Positions 1 to 9,393 are shown, counted from the stretch's first letter. The stretch: 64,000 nucleotides of DNA from an uncultured Candidatus Saccharibacteria bacterium (GCA_964616425.1 CAZTQY010000003.1:47402-111401), one strand, 5' to 3'. Translations and numbers: made by a program. The notes: generated by a model not told the origin, from the sequence alone.

Positions 1-279
1 GGTCCTGGGTACAAGTTTGATGATGAACTGAATCCATCTACACCTTCATATAAAGAGGGATATAAAAAGGGTGTAGTCGCGATGGCAAACTCGGGTCCAA
101 ATACAAATGGAAGCCAATTTTTCATAATGACTGCAGACTACCCACTTCCTAACAACTATACGATTTTTGGAAAAGTAGTATCTGGTCAAGACATCGTGGA
201 TAAAATTGCCGGTGTTCAAACCGGGGCTAATGATAAGCCTTTATCACCAGTTACTATGACTAAAGTCACAACCGACTAA
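1..279 (+). CDS. Cyclophilin-type peptidyl-prolyl cis-trans isomerase, C-terminal fragment (5-prime end outside window)
   Basis: Frame 1 is open from base 1. The translation (..GPGYKFDDE..MANSGPNTNGSQFFI..) has cyclophilin signature motifs. Confidence 0.8.
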   Translation, partial: GPGYKFDDELNPSTPSYKEGYKKGVVAMANSGPNTNGSQFFIMTADYPLPNNYTIFGKVVSGQDIVDKIAGVQTGANDKPLSPVTMTKVTTD

Positions 280-287
280 GTAGCATT

Positions 288-317
288 GACTTTTATGGCC
301 TAAGGGTGGTATAATAG
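288..317 (+). promoter_or_regulatory. Sigma-70-type promoter (TTGACT-18-TATAAT) ahead of the RRM protein gene, with about 100-nt leader
   Basis: Sequence ttgacttttatggcctaagggtggtataat read directly. Confidence 0.45.
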
Positions 318-424
318 TACTAATGTAAGTTTCTCATAGGTTTTCGCATTTTCATTTTTGAAAGTAGGAAAAGGAGAGAGTACTAGCCGCCTTACAGTTT
401 AAAATAAAGGCTAGGTAAAATAAA

Positions 425-736
425 ATGGCAAAGAAGTTATATGTAGGAGGAATTGCTTATTCAACATCAGAGACAGCATTGAAAGATGCTTTTGCTCAGA
501 TCGGAGAAGTAACATCTGCTACAATTATCATGGATAGAATGACAGGCCGATCAAAAGGATTCGGTTTCGTCGAGATGGCAAACGATGCTGATGCAGAGGC
601 TGCTATCGCAAAGTGGAATGGTCAGGAACTAGATGGACGAAAGCTTACAGTAAATGAAGCTCGACCAATGGAACCTAGAGCACCACGAACAGGAGGCTTT
701 GATCGTGGAAACGATCGAGGTGGCCGAACATGGTAA
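425..736 (+). CDS. RRM-type RNA-binding protein with Gly/Arg-rich tail
   Basis: RNP-1 motif KGFGFVEM, RNP-2 LYVGGI, and a C-terminal RGG-like tail. Confidence 0.85.
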   Translation: MAKKLYVGGIAYSTSETALKDAFAQIGEVTSATIIMDRMTGRSKGFGFVEMANDADAEAAIAKWNGQELDGRKLTVNEARPMEPRAPRTGGFDRGNDRGGRTW

Positions 737-769
737 TCTCTCCGTTTAGCTTAAACCACTAAACAAACA

Positions 770-796
770 AAAAGCTCCCGGAAGGGAGTTTTTTGT
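770..796 (+). terminator. Rho-independent terminator
   Basis: Hairpin ctcccggaagggag followed by a T-tract. Confidence 0.6.
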
Positions 797-799
797 TGT

Positions 800-1288
800 A
801 TGAAAGTTTTGCCGTGCTACAATATTTATATGAAAAAAAACAAGATAGCGATATTTTTTGTCGTTATTATTTCTTTTGTGATTATTGTGGCTGTTTTATC
901 TAATTTTACATACAAGGCCAGGGTGACGATAGGAGAGAGTGTCTTTACAGTCAAAGTAGCAGAGACAAAATACTTTTTAGAAAAGGGTTTATCTGGTCAC
1001 AAACCTCTACAAAATAACGAAGGAATGTTTTTTGTATTTAAAAAGCCAGATAATTACGGATTTTGGATGAAAGACATGCTGTTTCCTATTGATATTGTTT
1101 GGATTAGTGAAGATTTTAAGGTGACACATATAGAAAAGTCTGTTTTACCAGAAAGCTATCCAAAAGTTTTTTATTCAGATGTTCCTTCTATGTATGTTTT
1201 GGAGATAAATTCTGGTCAATCAGATAAGAAAAATATAAAAATAGGAGATTTTGTAAAATTTGAGCGAAAGGCCGGAAAAAGCTCATAA
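800..1288 (+). CDS. DUF192-family protein with N-terminal TM segment (start may be at 830)
   Basis: Motif GFWMKDMLFPIDIVWI is typical of DUF192/COG1430. Confidence 0.55.
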   Translation: MKVLPCYNIYMKKNKIAIFFVVIISFVIIVAVLSNFTYKARVTIGESVFTVKVAETKYFLEKGLSGHKPLQNNEGMFFVFKKPDNYGFWMKDMLFPIDIVWISEDFKVTHIEKSVLPESYPKVFYSDVPSMYVLEINSGQSDKKNIKIGDFVKFERKAGKSS

Positions 1289-1409
1289 AAAATAGCGTAT
1301 TTTGGCAGGTCACTTTACACTTTTTTTAATTCATTTCATAGCGACCAAAAAAAGGTTTATCCACAGTTTTTACGTGACCCTTTGGAGTACAATTAATGAA
1401 CAAATTTGA

Positions 1410-1447
1410 AAATATCTGCAATTTTTGAAGAAAAATTGCAGATATTT
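1410..1447. promoter_or_regulatory. 38-bp perfect inverted repeat (17-4-17) in the nrdAB upstream region; candidate operator
   Basis: aaatatctgcaattttt gaag aaaaattgcagatattt, about 55 nt upstream of the nrdA start. Confidence 0.4.
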
Positions 1448-1501
1448 AGTCAAAATGAGTCACAAATTATTAAAATTTATCTTTTTTAATTTATTTTCAC
1501 A

Positions 1502-4273
1502 ATGAGTATAACAGTCACAAGGCATGATGGTAAAAAAGAACCTTTCAATGCCGATAAAATTAATCGTTCTATAGAAAGAGCATGTTATGGATTGTTCGAT
1601 CCAGTCTCAAAAGTGACTCAAATTGCGACTGAAACTCAACTCACTCTCTATGATGGAATCACAACTGATGAAATGGATCAGGCGACTATCAACGCTGCAG
1701 TTCAAAATATAAAAGATGACATCGAATACGATATTGTCGCAAAAAGACTCCTACTTAAAACTCTGTATAGACAAGTTATAAAGGATTTTCATCCTGGGGA
1801 CGAATCTGAAGTTTTTGCAGGTAAACATAGAAAGAGTTTTGTTGATTTTATAGAGACAGGAGTTGCGAATGGAAAACTTCACCCAGAAATGAAGGCAAAG
1901 TTTAACCTAGATGAACTGGCTAATACACTAAGATTGGAAAGAGATGAGTTGTTTCAATACGCTGGACTAGATGGACTCATAAACCGATATTTAATAAAAG
2001 ATATAAATCAAAAACCAATAGAAGTTCCTCAGTATTTCTTTATGCGAATCGCAATGGGTCTTTCATATAACGAAAGCAATCCAACTGAAATGGCAAAAAA
2101 GTTCTACAATAAAATGTCTAGATTGGAGTATGTTGCCGGCGGTTCTACAAACCTAGCTGCAGGAACTATTAACCCAGCGCTATCAAATTGTTATCTTTTG
2201 GAGATTCAAGATAACATGAACCACATTGCTAAATCTGTATCTGACGTTATGCTTCTATCAAAAGGCTCAGGTGGAATAGGTGCTTCTGTTACAAAACTTC
2301 GTGCTTCAGGTTCTCCACTTAGAAAATATGGAGGTACATCCACAGGACCAACACCATTTGCAAAAATAATCGATACTGCTATACGTGCTATTCAGAGAGG
2401 GGGAAAGAAAAAAGGTGCACTTTGTTTTTATATGGAAAATTGGCATATTGATTTTCCAGAATTTCTTGATTGGAAGAAGAATAATGGTGATGACTATATG
2501 AGAATGAGAACTGCAAACACTGCTGTTTATCTTTCTGACGAGTTTATGAAAAGAGTTTCTGCTGGTGATGATTGGTACATGTTTGATCCAGCTGAAACAG
2601 AAGATCTAAATGAACTTTACGGTGAAGCTTTTTCAAAGAGATATGCAGAATATGTTGAAATGGCAAACTCTGGAAAAATGAGAGTGTTTAAGAAAGCTCC
2701 GGCTACAGAACAATACAGACAAATTTTAACAGAGCTTCAGAGTTCATCTCATCCTTGGTTAGTCTGGAAAGATTCAATTAACCTTCGTGCTCTAAATAAC
2801 AATACAGGTACTATTCATATGAGTAACTTGTGTACAGAAATCTGTCTGCCACAAGATAAAGATAACGTTGCTGTTTGTAACCTCGCGTCTCTTAACCTTG
2901 CAGCTCATATAAAGAACAAAGAAGTAAATTGGGCTAGATTGGAAGAGTCTGTTCGTCTAGCCGTAAGACAACTCGATAATCTTATTGATATCAATGTTCT
3001 ACCTATCCCAGAGGCAGCAAAATCAGATAGTGAGAATCGAGCTGTAGGTTTGGGTGTGATGGGATTTTCAGATACGATAGAGCAACTTGGTATGTCATAT
3101 GATTCTCCTCATGCTTGGGATTTTGCTGACAGGATATTTGAATTTGTTTCTTATATGGCAATCGATGAGTCAGCTAATTTGGCACAAGAGCGGGGTAGTT
3201 ATGCAAACTTTCAAGGTTCTGAGTGGTCAAAGGGTAAAGTTCCAATCGACACACTTTCTACATTGGAAGCCGGCAGAGGCAAACCGCTAACAGTTTCTAA
3301 AGTTAGTAAACACAAGGGTCTGAACTGGGATGTGCTTCGTGCAAAGGTTTCAAAAGGGATAAGAAATGCAACACTAATGGCTGTAGCACCAAACGCGAAC
3401 ATTGGATTGGTTGCTGCAACAACTCCAGGAATAGATGCTAGGTTTGCTCAAGTATTTTCTAGAAATAAAATTTCTGGTAAATATCTTGATATAAATCACA
3501 ACCTCGTAAAGGATTTGATAAACCTTGGATTGTGGGATGATGTAAAAGAACAGATTATTGAAAACCAAGGAGATATTGCTGAAATCGCTCAAATACCTCA
3601 ACACATAAAAGACATATATAAAACTTCTTTCACAACATCACCATTTGCTTATATAGAAGTTGCTGCTCGTGCACAGAAATGGGTAGATCAGGCTTTATCT
3701 AGAAACATGTATCTTGAAACTAGAGATATAGATGAGACAATGAAGATATACAGTACTGCCTGGGAAAAGGGTCTCAAGTCAACATACTATCTCCACATGA
3801 AGCCTCGACATACAGCTGAACAGTCAACTACAAATGTGAACAAGGCAGCAAAGATAGGAAAAGTTGGATTCGGTGCGTTGAATTTCAGCAACTCAAATGC
3901 TTTTGCTTCTCCACTTCAAAAATCTTTTAGTGTTGTAAACCCAAGCCAGGTTGTTGCTAGTGAGCCTTCGATTAGTGAATCTGCTATAAAACAAGCAAAA
4001 GAGGATGCTATATCTAACATAACATTGGAAGAGGAAATATTAGTTTCTACTTCAAAGGCTGTTGAAGAAATTTTACCTAAAAATAATGTTGAGCCTAGTT
4101 TTGAGCCATTACAAAAGTCTATATTAGATCAGAATAAACCTGAGCTAGTTGCACAAATTCAAAAAAACGAATATAAATCACTTGAGCAGGTAAACAATAA
4201 TATTAAGAAATACAATATCATTGCTCCTGAAGATCCAGCTGATAGTGATAACATCTGTATTGCTTGTCAGTAA
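1502..4273 (+). CDS. nrdA: Ribonucleoside-diphosphate reductase alpha subunit (class I) with N-terminal ATP-cone and long C-terminal low-complexity linker ending in a Cys pair
   Basis: ATP-cone at the N-terminus, catalytic motifs (NLCTEI, PxAxxS-like), C-terminal CIACQ. Confidence 0.9.
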   Translation: MSITVTRHDGKKEPFNADKINRSIERACYGLFDPVSKVTQIATETQLTLYDGITTDEMDQATINAAVQNIKDDIEYDIVAKRLLLKTLYRQVIKDFHPGDESEVFAGKHRKSFVDFIETGVANGKLHPEMKAKFNLDELANTLRLERDELFQYAGLDGLINRYLIKDINQKPIEVPQYFFMRIAMGLSYNESNPTEMAKKFYNKMSRLEYVAGGSTNLAAGTINPALSNCYLLEIQDNMNHIAKSVSDVMLLSKGSGGIGASVTKLRASGSPLRKYGGTSTGPTPFAKIIDTAIRAIQRGGKKKGALCFYMENWHIDFPEFLDWKKNNGDDYMRMRTANTAVYLSDEFMKRVSAGDDWYMFDPAETEDLNELYGEAFSKRYAEYVEMANSGKMRVFKKAPATEQYRQILTELQSSSHPWLVWKDSINLRALNNNTGTIHMSNLCTEICLPQDKDNVAVCNLASLNLAAHIKNKEVNWARLEESVRLAVRQLDNLIDINVLPIPEAAKSDSENRAVGLGVMGFSDTIEQLGMSYDSPHAWDFADRIFEFVSYMAIDESANLAQERGSYANFQGSEWSKGKVPIDTLSTLEAGRGKPLTVSKVSKHKGLNWDVLRAKVSKGIRNATLMAVAPNANIGLVAATTPGIDARFAQVFSRNKISGKYLDINHNLVKDLINLGLWDDVKEQIIENQGDIAEIAQIPQHIKDIYKTSFTTSPFAYIEVAARAQKWVDQALSRNMYLETRDIDETMKIYSTAWEKGLKSTYYLHMKPRHTAEQSTTNVNKAAKIGKVGFGALNFSNSNAFASPLQKSFSVVNPSQVVASEPSISESAIKQAKEDAISNITLEEEILVSTSKAVEEILPKNNVEPSFEPLQKSILDQNKPELVAQIQKNEYKSLEQVNNNIKKYNIIAPEDPADSDNICIACQ

Positions 4274-4298
4274 CATTTAAAATTTAATATAAAATAAT

Positions 4299-5309
4299 AT
4301 GACACTAATTGGAAAACCATCACCAACGGATATGAATTTGCATCCTCTAAATTATAAGTGGGCATATGATTTGTATAACCAAGCTGTTCGAAACACTTGG
4401 TTCCCTCATGAAATAGCACTCAAAGAGGACTTGGAAGATTTTGAGAAAATGACTGAGGATGAGAGACACGCAATCAAGTTTCTTATGGCTTTTTTCAACC
4501 CTGCAGAGCTCATAGTTAACAGATCCATTGCTCTCGGTATATATCCATATTTGAAATCTCCAGAGTGTCACCTATATCTAGCAAAGCAAATGTGGGAAGA
4601 GGCGAACCACTGTGTGTCTTTTGAATATGTTCTAGAAACATTCCCGTTTGATAAAGAGTCTATATTTAACACTCACCTCGAAGTGGCTTCTATGACAGCA
4701 AAGGAGGCTTTCATAAACAGATATCTAACTCGAATGACTGAAGATAAGCTCGATATTGAAACAGTGGATGGTAAGAAAGATTTTATTAGAAACCTAGTTG
4801 CGACAAACATTGTGATGGAGGGTATATGGTTCTACTCAGGCTTTATGGTGGCTCTTTCTTTCCGACAGAGAAACCAACTCAGAAACTTTGGTTCTATGAT
4901 CAACTGGGTTTTGCGAGACGAAAGTTTGCACCTAAAGTTCGGTATTAACTTGGTTCACAATGTGTTGGAGGAAAATACAGAACTACTTACGGAAGAGTTT
5001 GCAGCAGAAATCAGAAACATAATCATCGAAGGAGTTGATCTAGAAGTTGCATACAACAAAGACTTGTTCCCGAACGGTATTTTGGGACTTAATGCTGACT
5101 ATGTAAACCAGTATGTTCAGTATGTGGCGGACAGAAGACTTCAGGAACTTGGAATGCCAAAATACTATAATGTGACTAATCCAGCAAAATGGATGAGTAC
5201 AGCAACAGATGTGTTTGAGTTGGTAAACTTTTTTGAATCACAAAACACAAGTTACGAGGTAGACTCTCACGCAGGGGAATCAAAAAAGAAAGATTCTGCT
5301 TCTGAGTAG
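4299..5309 (+). CDS. nrdB: Ribonucleotide reductase beta subunit (ferritin-like diiron)
   Basis: EEANHCVSFEYVLETF diiron ligand region, directly downstream of nrdA. Confidence 0.9.
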   Translation: MTLIGKPSPTDMNLHPLNYKWAYDLYNQAVRNTWFPHEIALKEDLEDFEKMTEDERHAIKFLMAFFNPAELIVNRSIALGIYPYLKSPECHLYLAKQMWEEANHCVSFEYVLETFPFDKESIFNTHLEVASMTAKEAFINRYLTRMTEDKLDIETVDGKKDFIRNLVATNIVMEGIWFYSGFMVALSFRQRNQLRNFGSMINWVLRDESLHLKFGINLVHNVLEENTELLTEEFAAEIRNIIIEGVDLEVAYNKDLFPNGILGLNADYVNQYVQYVADRRLQELGMPKYYNVTNPAKWMSTATDVFELVNFFESQNTSYEVDSHAGESKKKDSASE

Positions 5310-5356
5310 TTTGACTAAATTTCAGTAAAATTTAATATTAGTAACTGGAGGGACTG

Positions 5357-5656
5357 ATGCTCAGTCTGAAACAGTTGTTGCTGGTTGCAAAGCTGGAAGC
5401 TGTGGTGAGGAAACCGTCTGGACGTGTTGGCTCAGATAATGTTCGTGTTCCGCATGTAATGGAGCCGCAGCCTGTGGTTTTACAGCCACCTAAACCAGAA
5501 GTGCCGAAAAGGCTGTGCCAGGCATGTCAGGCACATGAGCACCATTCTTGTCGCAAATACGCTGTTCTGACGTCTTATGCCATAAAGATGAAGGCTGGAC
5601 GTCTGAAAAGGTTTAATATCACGAGGCCTTGCCAGTGCTCGTGTCGGGCAAACTGA
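5357..5656 (+). CDS. High-GC cassette A gene 1: small Cys/His-rich protein (possible zinc ribbon)
   Basis: Strong SD ggaggg at 8 nt, CQACQ..HEHHSC..CQCSC. The island is about 55% GC against a 38% background. Confidence 0.4.
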   Translation: MLSLKQLLLVAKLEAVVRKPSGRVGSDNVRVPHVMEPQPVVLQPPKPEVPKRLCQACQAHEHHSCRKYAVLTSYAIKMKAGRLKRFNITRPCQCSCRAN

Positions 5657-5687
5657 ACAGCTAGTACGAGAAAGGATTGAGACCGTT

Positions 5688-5963
5688 ATGCCAAGCATTG
5701 AAAGTCTGATGAACATTTTGAAGTTCAACCGATTCGTCGGAGGAGATGATGGCTCGTGCTTCGGGGTCACTGATCCCAGTCGCTTGCGCTCTCTCGGCCC
5801 GAGTGAGCTCCGTCCACTTCCACCCATTCTCTGCGATAGTTGTGAGAAAGGTGAACACAACTGCGCAGGAAAGGTAAAGGCGATTCGCGCTGACTTTGCT
5901 GATGACCGGCTCAAAGTCGAGCGCATCCAGGTGGACTGTGAGTGTTCTACCTGCAAGAAGTAA
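5688..5963 (+). CDS. High-GC cassette A gene 2: small Cys-rich protein
   Basis: Weak SD, CDSCEKGEHNC..CECSTC, followed by a hairpin terminator. The antisense ORFs overlap the hairpin and have no SD. Confidence 0.35.
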   Translation: MPSIESLMNILKFNRFVGGDDGSCFGVTDPSRLRSLGPSELRPLPPILCDSCEKGEHNCAGKVKAIRADFADDRLKVERIQVDCECSTCKK

Positions 5964-6015
5964 CCGCCAGTCTGGCGCTGACGGAAATCCGCCAGCATCT
6001 AGCTGGCGGTTTCCC
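5964..6015 (+). terminator. GC-rich hairpin terminator of cassette A
   Basis: ccgccagcatctagctggcgg followed by TTTCC. Confidence 0.45.
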
Positions 6016-6071
6016 ATTTACACAATATATTTGATATAATTTACACATTATTCTTTGCATAAATTAATCAA

Positions 6072-7112
6072 ATGGCATTTTTCAGTAAAACAAAAAAAGT
6101 TCGTGTTGCAATAAACGGTTTCGGTAGAATTGGCAGACAATTTCTGAAAGAGAGTTGGGATAATGAAAGTCTAGAAGTGGTTGCAGTTAACGATCTAGGA
6201 AGTGTCGATAATATGGCGTACCTTTTGAAATACGATACGGTTTATAAAACATGGAAGCATGATGTGAAAGTAGACGGTGGAAACCTTGTAATAGACGGTA
6301 GAACAGTAAAATTTGTTTCTGAAAAAGAGCCAACAAAACTTCCTTGGGGAGAGCTTGCAGTTGATGTTGTTGTTGAGTCTACAGGACTTTTCACTTCATA
6401 CGACAAAGCCTCTGTTCATTTAACTGCTGGTGCAAAGAAAGTAGTTATCTCAGCTCCTTCAAAAGGTGGAGACGGAAGTGTGAAAGGTGAAACTATACTC
6501 ATGGGTGTAAACGAGGAAAAGTTCGGTACATGTGATGTTACTTCAAATGCGTCATGTACAACAAACGCTGCTTCGCCACTTATTGCTATTTTGGATGAAA
6601 ACATTGGTATTGAAAAAGCAGTTCTGAACACTGTTCATGGATACACAGCGTCACAAGCACTAGTTGATGGTCCGTCTAAAAAAGATTTGAGAGAGGGAAG
6701 AGCAGCCGCACAGAACATCGTGCCTTCTTCTACAGGAGCAGCTATTGCGGTAACACAGGCATTCACGAAACTAGAAGGTTTGTTTGATGGTATTTCTATC
6801 AGAGTTCCTGTTCCAGCTGGTTCTATTGTGGATGTAACTTTTATTTCAAAGAAAAATACAACTGCAGAGGAAGTGAACAGTGTATTGCGAGCAGCTGCAG
6901 CAAGTGATAGATGGAAAAATATTTTCTCAGCTACAGATGAGGAACTAGTATCATCAGACATTCTCGGTAGTCATTATGGTTCTATCGCAGACCTCAAAAT
7001 GACTCGTGTTGTCGGAGGAAACTTGATAAAGGTTATGGCGTGGTATGACAATGAGGCGGGGTATACGAACATGCTGATTGACCACGTGATAAAAACTGGT
7101 AAAACAATATAA
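6072..7112 (+). CDS. gap: Glyceraldehyde-3-phosphate dehydrogenase
   Basis: NGFGRIGR Rossmann motif and the SCTTNA active-site motif. Confidence 0.95.
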   Translation: MAFFSKTKKVRVAINGFGRIGRQFLKESWDNESLEVVAVNDLGSVDNMAYLLKYDTVYKTWKHDVKVDGGNLVIDGRTVKFVSEKEPTKLPWGELAVDVVVESTGLFTSYDKASVHLTAGAKKVVISAPSKGGDGSVKGETILMGVNEEKFGTCDVTSNASCTTNAASPLIAILDENIGIEKAVLNTVHGYTASQALVDGPSKKDLREGRAAAQNIVPSSTGAAIAVTQAFTKLEGLFDGISIRVPVPAGSIVDVTFISKKNTTAEEVNSVLRAAAASDRWKNIFSATDEELVSSDILGSHYGSIADLKMTRVVGGNLIKVMAWYDNEAGYTNMLIDHVIKTGKTI

Positions 7113-7230
7113 ATTCCAAATTTGGCGAACTCCTCGTTCCCAAATTAAAAATATTCGTCACCTTAGCACTAACTAAGGCTCCTCATCTTTTTAATTTCTC
7201 ACGTCGGATTTCATCCAAATTGTGAAATTT
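7113..7230. mobile_element. MITE-like repeat, family alpha copy 1, with terminal inverted repeats and an internal conserved hairpin
   Basis: Starts immediately after the gap stop. TIRs ttccaaatttggcgaa / ttcatccaaattgtgaa. About 90% identical to 39165-39325. Confidence 0.45.
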
Positions 7231-7290
7231 TGATTTTGGAGTTGTTGAATACTTTATATCTATATACCACAGATTTAGTATAATTAAATT

Positions 7291-7737
7291 ATGCGAATCT
7301 ATATAAGTTCTGACCATGCGGGGTTTGAGATGAAAAGAAGTCTCATTGCTTTTCTTGTTGAACAGCAGTTTGAGGTGTACGACTGTGGACCAAAGCAATA
7401 TGATCATGAAGATGACTATCCAGATTATATTTCTATTGTAGCTTCTAGTGTTTCAAAAGATAGAGACTCAAAGGGAATAGTTTTAGGTTGGTCAGGTCAG
7501 GGTGAAGCTATGGTGGCAAACAGATTTCCAAACGTAAGGTGCGCACTTTTTTATGGTGGCAATAAACATATTTTGACTTTAGCTAGAGAGCATAATGATT
7601 CGAATATTCTATCTTTAGCTTCTCACTTTATAACTACCCAAGAGAGTCATCAGGCTGTATTGTTGTGGCTTAAAACACCCTTTTCTGCAGAACCTAGACA
7701 TATTAGAAGAATTAAGAAGATCGAACAATATGACTAA
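7291..7737 (+). CDS. rpiB: Ribose-5-phosphate isomerase B
   Basis: MRIYISSDHAGFE..CG motif set of the RpiB/LacAB family. TATAAT at 7278. Confidence 0.9.
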   Translation: MRIYISSDHAGFEMKRSLIAFLVEQQFEVYDCGPKQYDHEDDYPDYISIVASSVSKDRDSKGIVLGWSGQGEAMVANRFPNVRCALFYGGNKHILTLAREHNDSNILSLASHFITTQESHQAVLLWLKTPFSAEPRHIRRIKKIEQYD

Positions 7738-8401
7738 AGTTCTACCTGCAATAATTCCAGTTAATAAAATTCAACTTGAGGAAGAAATCCAGAGAGTTTT
7801 TTCTTTTGCTAATTTTGTACAAATCGATATTGCAGATGGAACTTTTGCACCAGTGAAAACTTGGCCTTACAACGGCAGAGACGAACAATATTTTGAGGAA
7901 TTAAAAAACCAAATGGCTGGTTGGCCAAAATGGGAAGAAGTCGATATAGAACTACACCTCATGGTTGCACATCCGGAAAATATGTTAGAAGAATGGATTT
8001 CAACTGGAATAGGTTCGGTTGTTGCACACATTGAATCAACAACAGATTTTCAAAAAGTAGTAGATATTTGCAAGTCTCATGAAATGTCACTAGGTGTCGC
8101 TATAAAACCAAGTACAGATATTTCAAAACTTGAACCATTTGTTTCTCAAGTTGATTTTATTCAAGTGATGGGATCAGAAAATATTGGTAGACATGGTGTT
8201 GATCTAGAAAAAAGCGCAATAGAAATGATAAAAGAATTGCGAAAGAAATATTCAGAGAGTATAATTGCTATTGATATAGGTGTTAACGAAGATACTGCAG
8301 AAATTCTTGTTGAAGCTGGCGCAAATAAACTAATTTCAGGTGGCGCAATATTAAATTCAGAAAATCCGGGAGAAGTTTTTGATTTTCTAACATCTCTTTA
8401 A
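7730..8401 (+). CDS. rpe: Ribulose-phosphate 3-epimerase
   Basis: DIADGTFAP..HLMV..ISGG motifs of a TIM-barrel epimerase. Confidence 0.8.
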   Translation: MTKVLPAIIPVNKIQLEEEIQRVFSFANFVQIDIADGTFAPVKTWPYNGRDEQYFEELKNQMAGWPKWEEVDIELHLMVAHPENMLEEWISTGIGSVVAHIESTTDFQKVVDICKSHEMSLGVAIKPSTDISKLEPFVSQVDFIQVMGSENIGRHGVDLEKSAIEMIKELRKKYSESIIAIDIGVNEDTAEILVEAGANKLISGGAILNSENPGEVFDFLTSL

Positions 8402-8402
8402 A

Positions 8403-9305
8403 ATGGCAATGCCAAATTTAACAGACGACAAAATCCGTTTGCTTTCAGAAAAGGCAAAAGCAATACGCATTTCAATCATAGAGATGCTTGTTTCTGCCGG
8501 TTCTGGTCACTCTGCTGGCCCTTTGGGTATGGCTGATATTTTCACTGCACTTTATTTTTTTATTCTACGTCATAATCCAACTGATCCGTTTTGGGAAGGC
8601 CGAGATAGGCTTATACTTTCAAACGGTCACATAAACCCTGTCTTGTATGCAACGATGGCTCACTCAGGATACTTTCCAGTTTCTGAGCTTCTGACACTGA
8701 GAAAGTTTGGCTCAAGGCTTCAGGGTCATCCACATAGAGAGTTTCTTCCAATGTTGGAAAATAGTTCAGGACCACTAGGTTCTGGTTTGTCACAAGCGGT
8801 AGGTATGGCGATAGCAGATAGAATGGATAAAGGAAGAACTTCTGATAGATTTTTCTACTGTTTGCTTGGTGATGGAGAACTAGACGAGGGACAGAACTGG
8901 GAAGCAATAATGTTGGCCAATAAAGAAAGACTTGGAAATTTAATTGTTTTTGTTGATAGAAATAATATTCAGATAGATGGATATACAGAGGATGTTATGC
9001 CTCTTGATTCTGTATTACACAAGTTTGAGAGTTTTGGTTGGCATGCAGAAGAGATAGACGGACATAACTTTGCAGAAATCATCGCTGCTGTTGGGAGAGC
9101 GCAGGCAGTCTTTGATGGACCGAGCGTGATAGTCGCTAGAACTATTCCAGGAAAGGGAGTTTCGTTTATGGAGCGTGACTACAAATGGCATGGTAACCCT
9201 CCAGGAACAGAGTTGCCTGGCGAGCCGCCAAAGGATGAACAAGCAAAAATTGCGTTGCATGACCTCCGTACTCTAGGCGGCCAGATAACATCCGAACATG
9301 AATAA
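8403..9305 (+). CDS. Transketolase, N-terminal (TPP-binding) subunit of a split enzyme
   Basis: GSGHSAGPLGMADI and GDGELDEGQNWEA motifs. Confidence 0.9.
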   Translation: MAMPNLTDDKIRLLSEKAKAIRISIIEMLVSAGSGHSAGPLGMADIFTALYFFILRHNPTDPFWEGRDRLILSNGHINPVLYATMAHSGYFPVSELLTLRKFGSRLQGHPHREFLPMLENSSGPLGSGLSQAVGMAIADRMDKGRTSDRFFYCLLGDGELDEGQNWEAIMLANKERLGNLIVFVDRNNIQIDGYTEDVMPLDSVLHKFESFGWHAEEIDGHNFAEIIAAVGRAQAVFDGPSVIVARTIPGKGVSFMERDYKWHGNPPGTELPGEPPKDEQAKIALHDLRTLGGQITSEHE

Positions 9306-9337
9306 AACTTCCAAAACTGACAAATTTCTTTGTTCTC

Positions 9338-9393
9338 GATTTTACTTTCTCCACGCGCAGTACTAGATGTACAGCTTGGTCGAAAGTAAAATC
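9338..9393 (+). repeat. Hairpin family beta copy 1: 12-bp perfect stem around a conserved 29-nt core
   Basis: gattttactttc [tccacgcgcagtactagatgtacagcttggtc] gaaagtaaaatc. The same core, with a different complementary stem, is at 58277-58330. Confidence 0.45.

Noticed and set aside
3087-3604. ORFs 3087-3290(+), 3211-3402(-), 3374-3604(-) inside nrdA
   Set aside because: They are embedded in, or antisense to, a well-supported nrdA frame. No SD is present and the composition is AT-rich and typical of spurious frames.
5480-6017. Minus-strand ORFs 5480-5998 (172 aa) and 5661-6017 (118 aa) in high-GC island A
   Set aside because: High GC inflates ORF length on all frames. The 5661-6017 start codon lies inside a perfect GC hairpin and lacks an SD, whereas the plus-strand ORFs have SDs and a downstream terminator. 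This remains uncertain, so the plus-strand calls carry low confidence.
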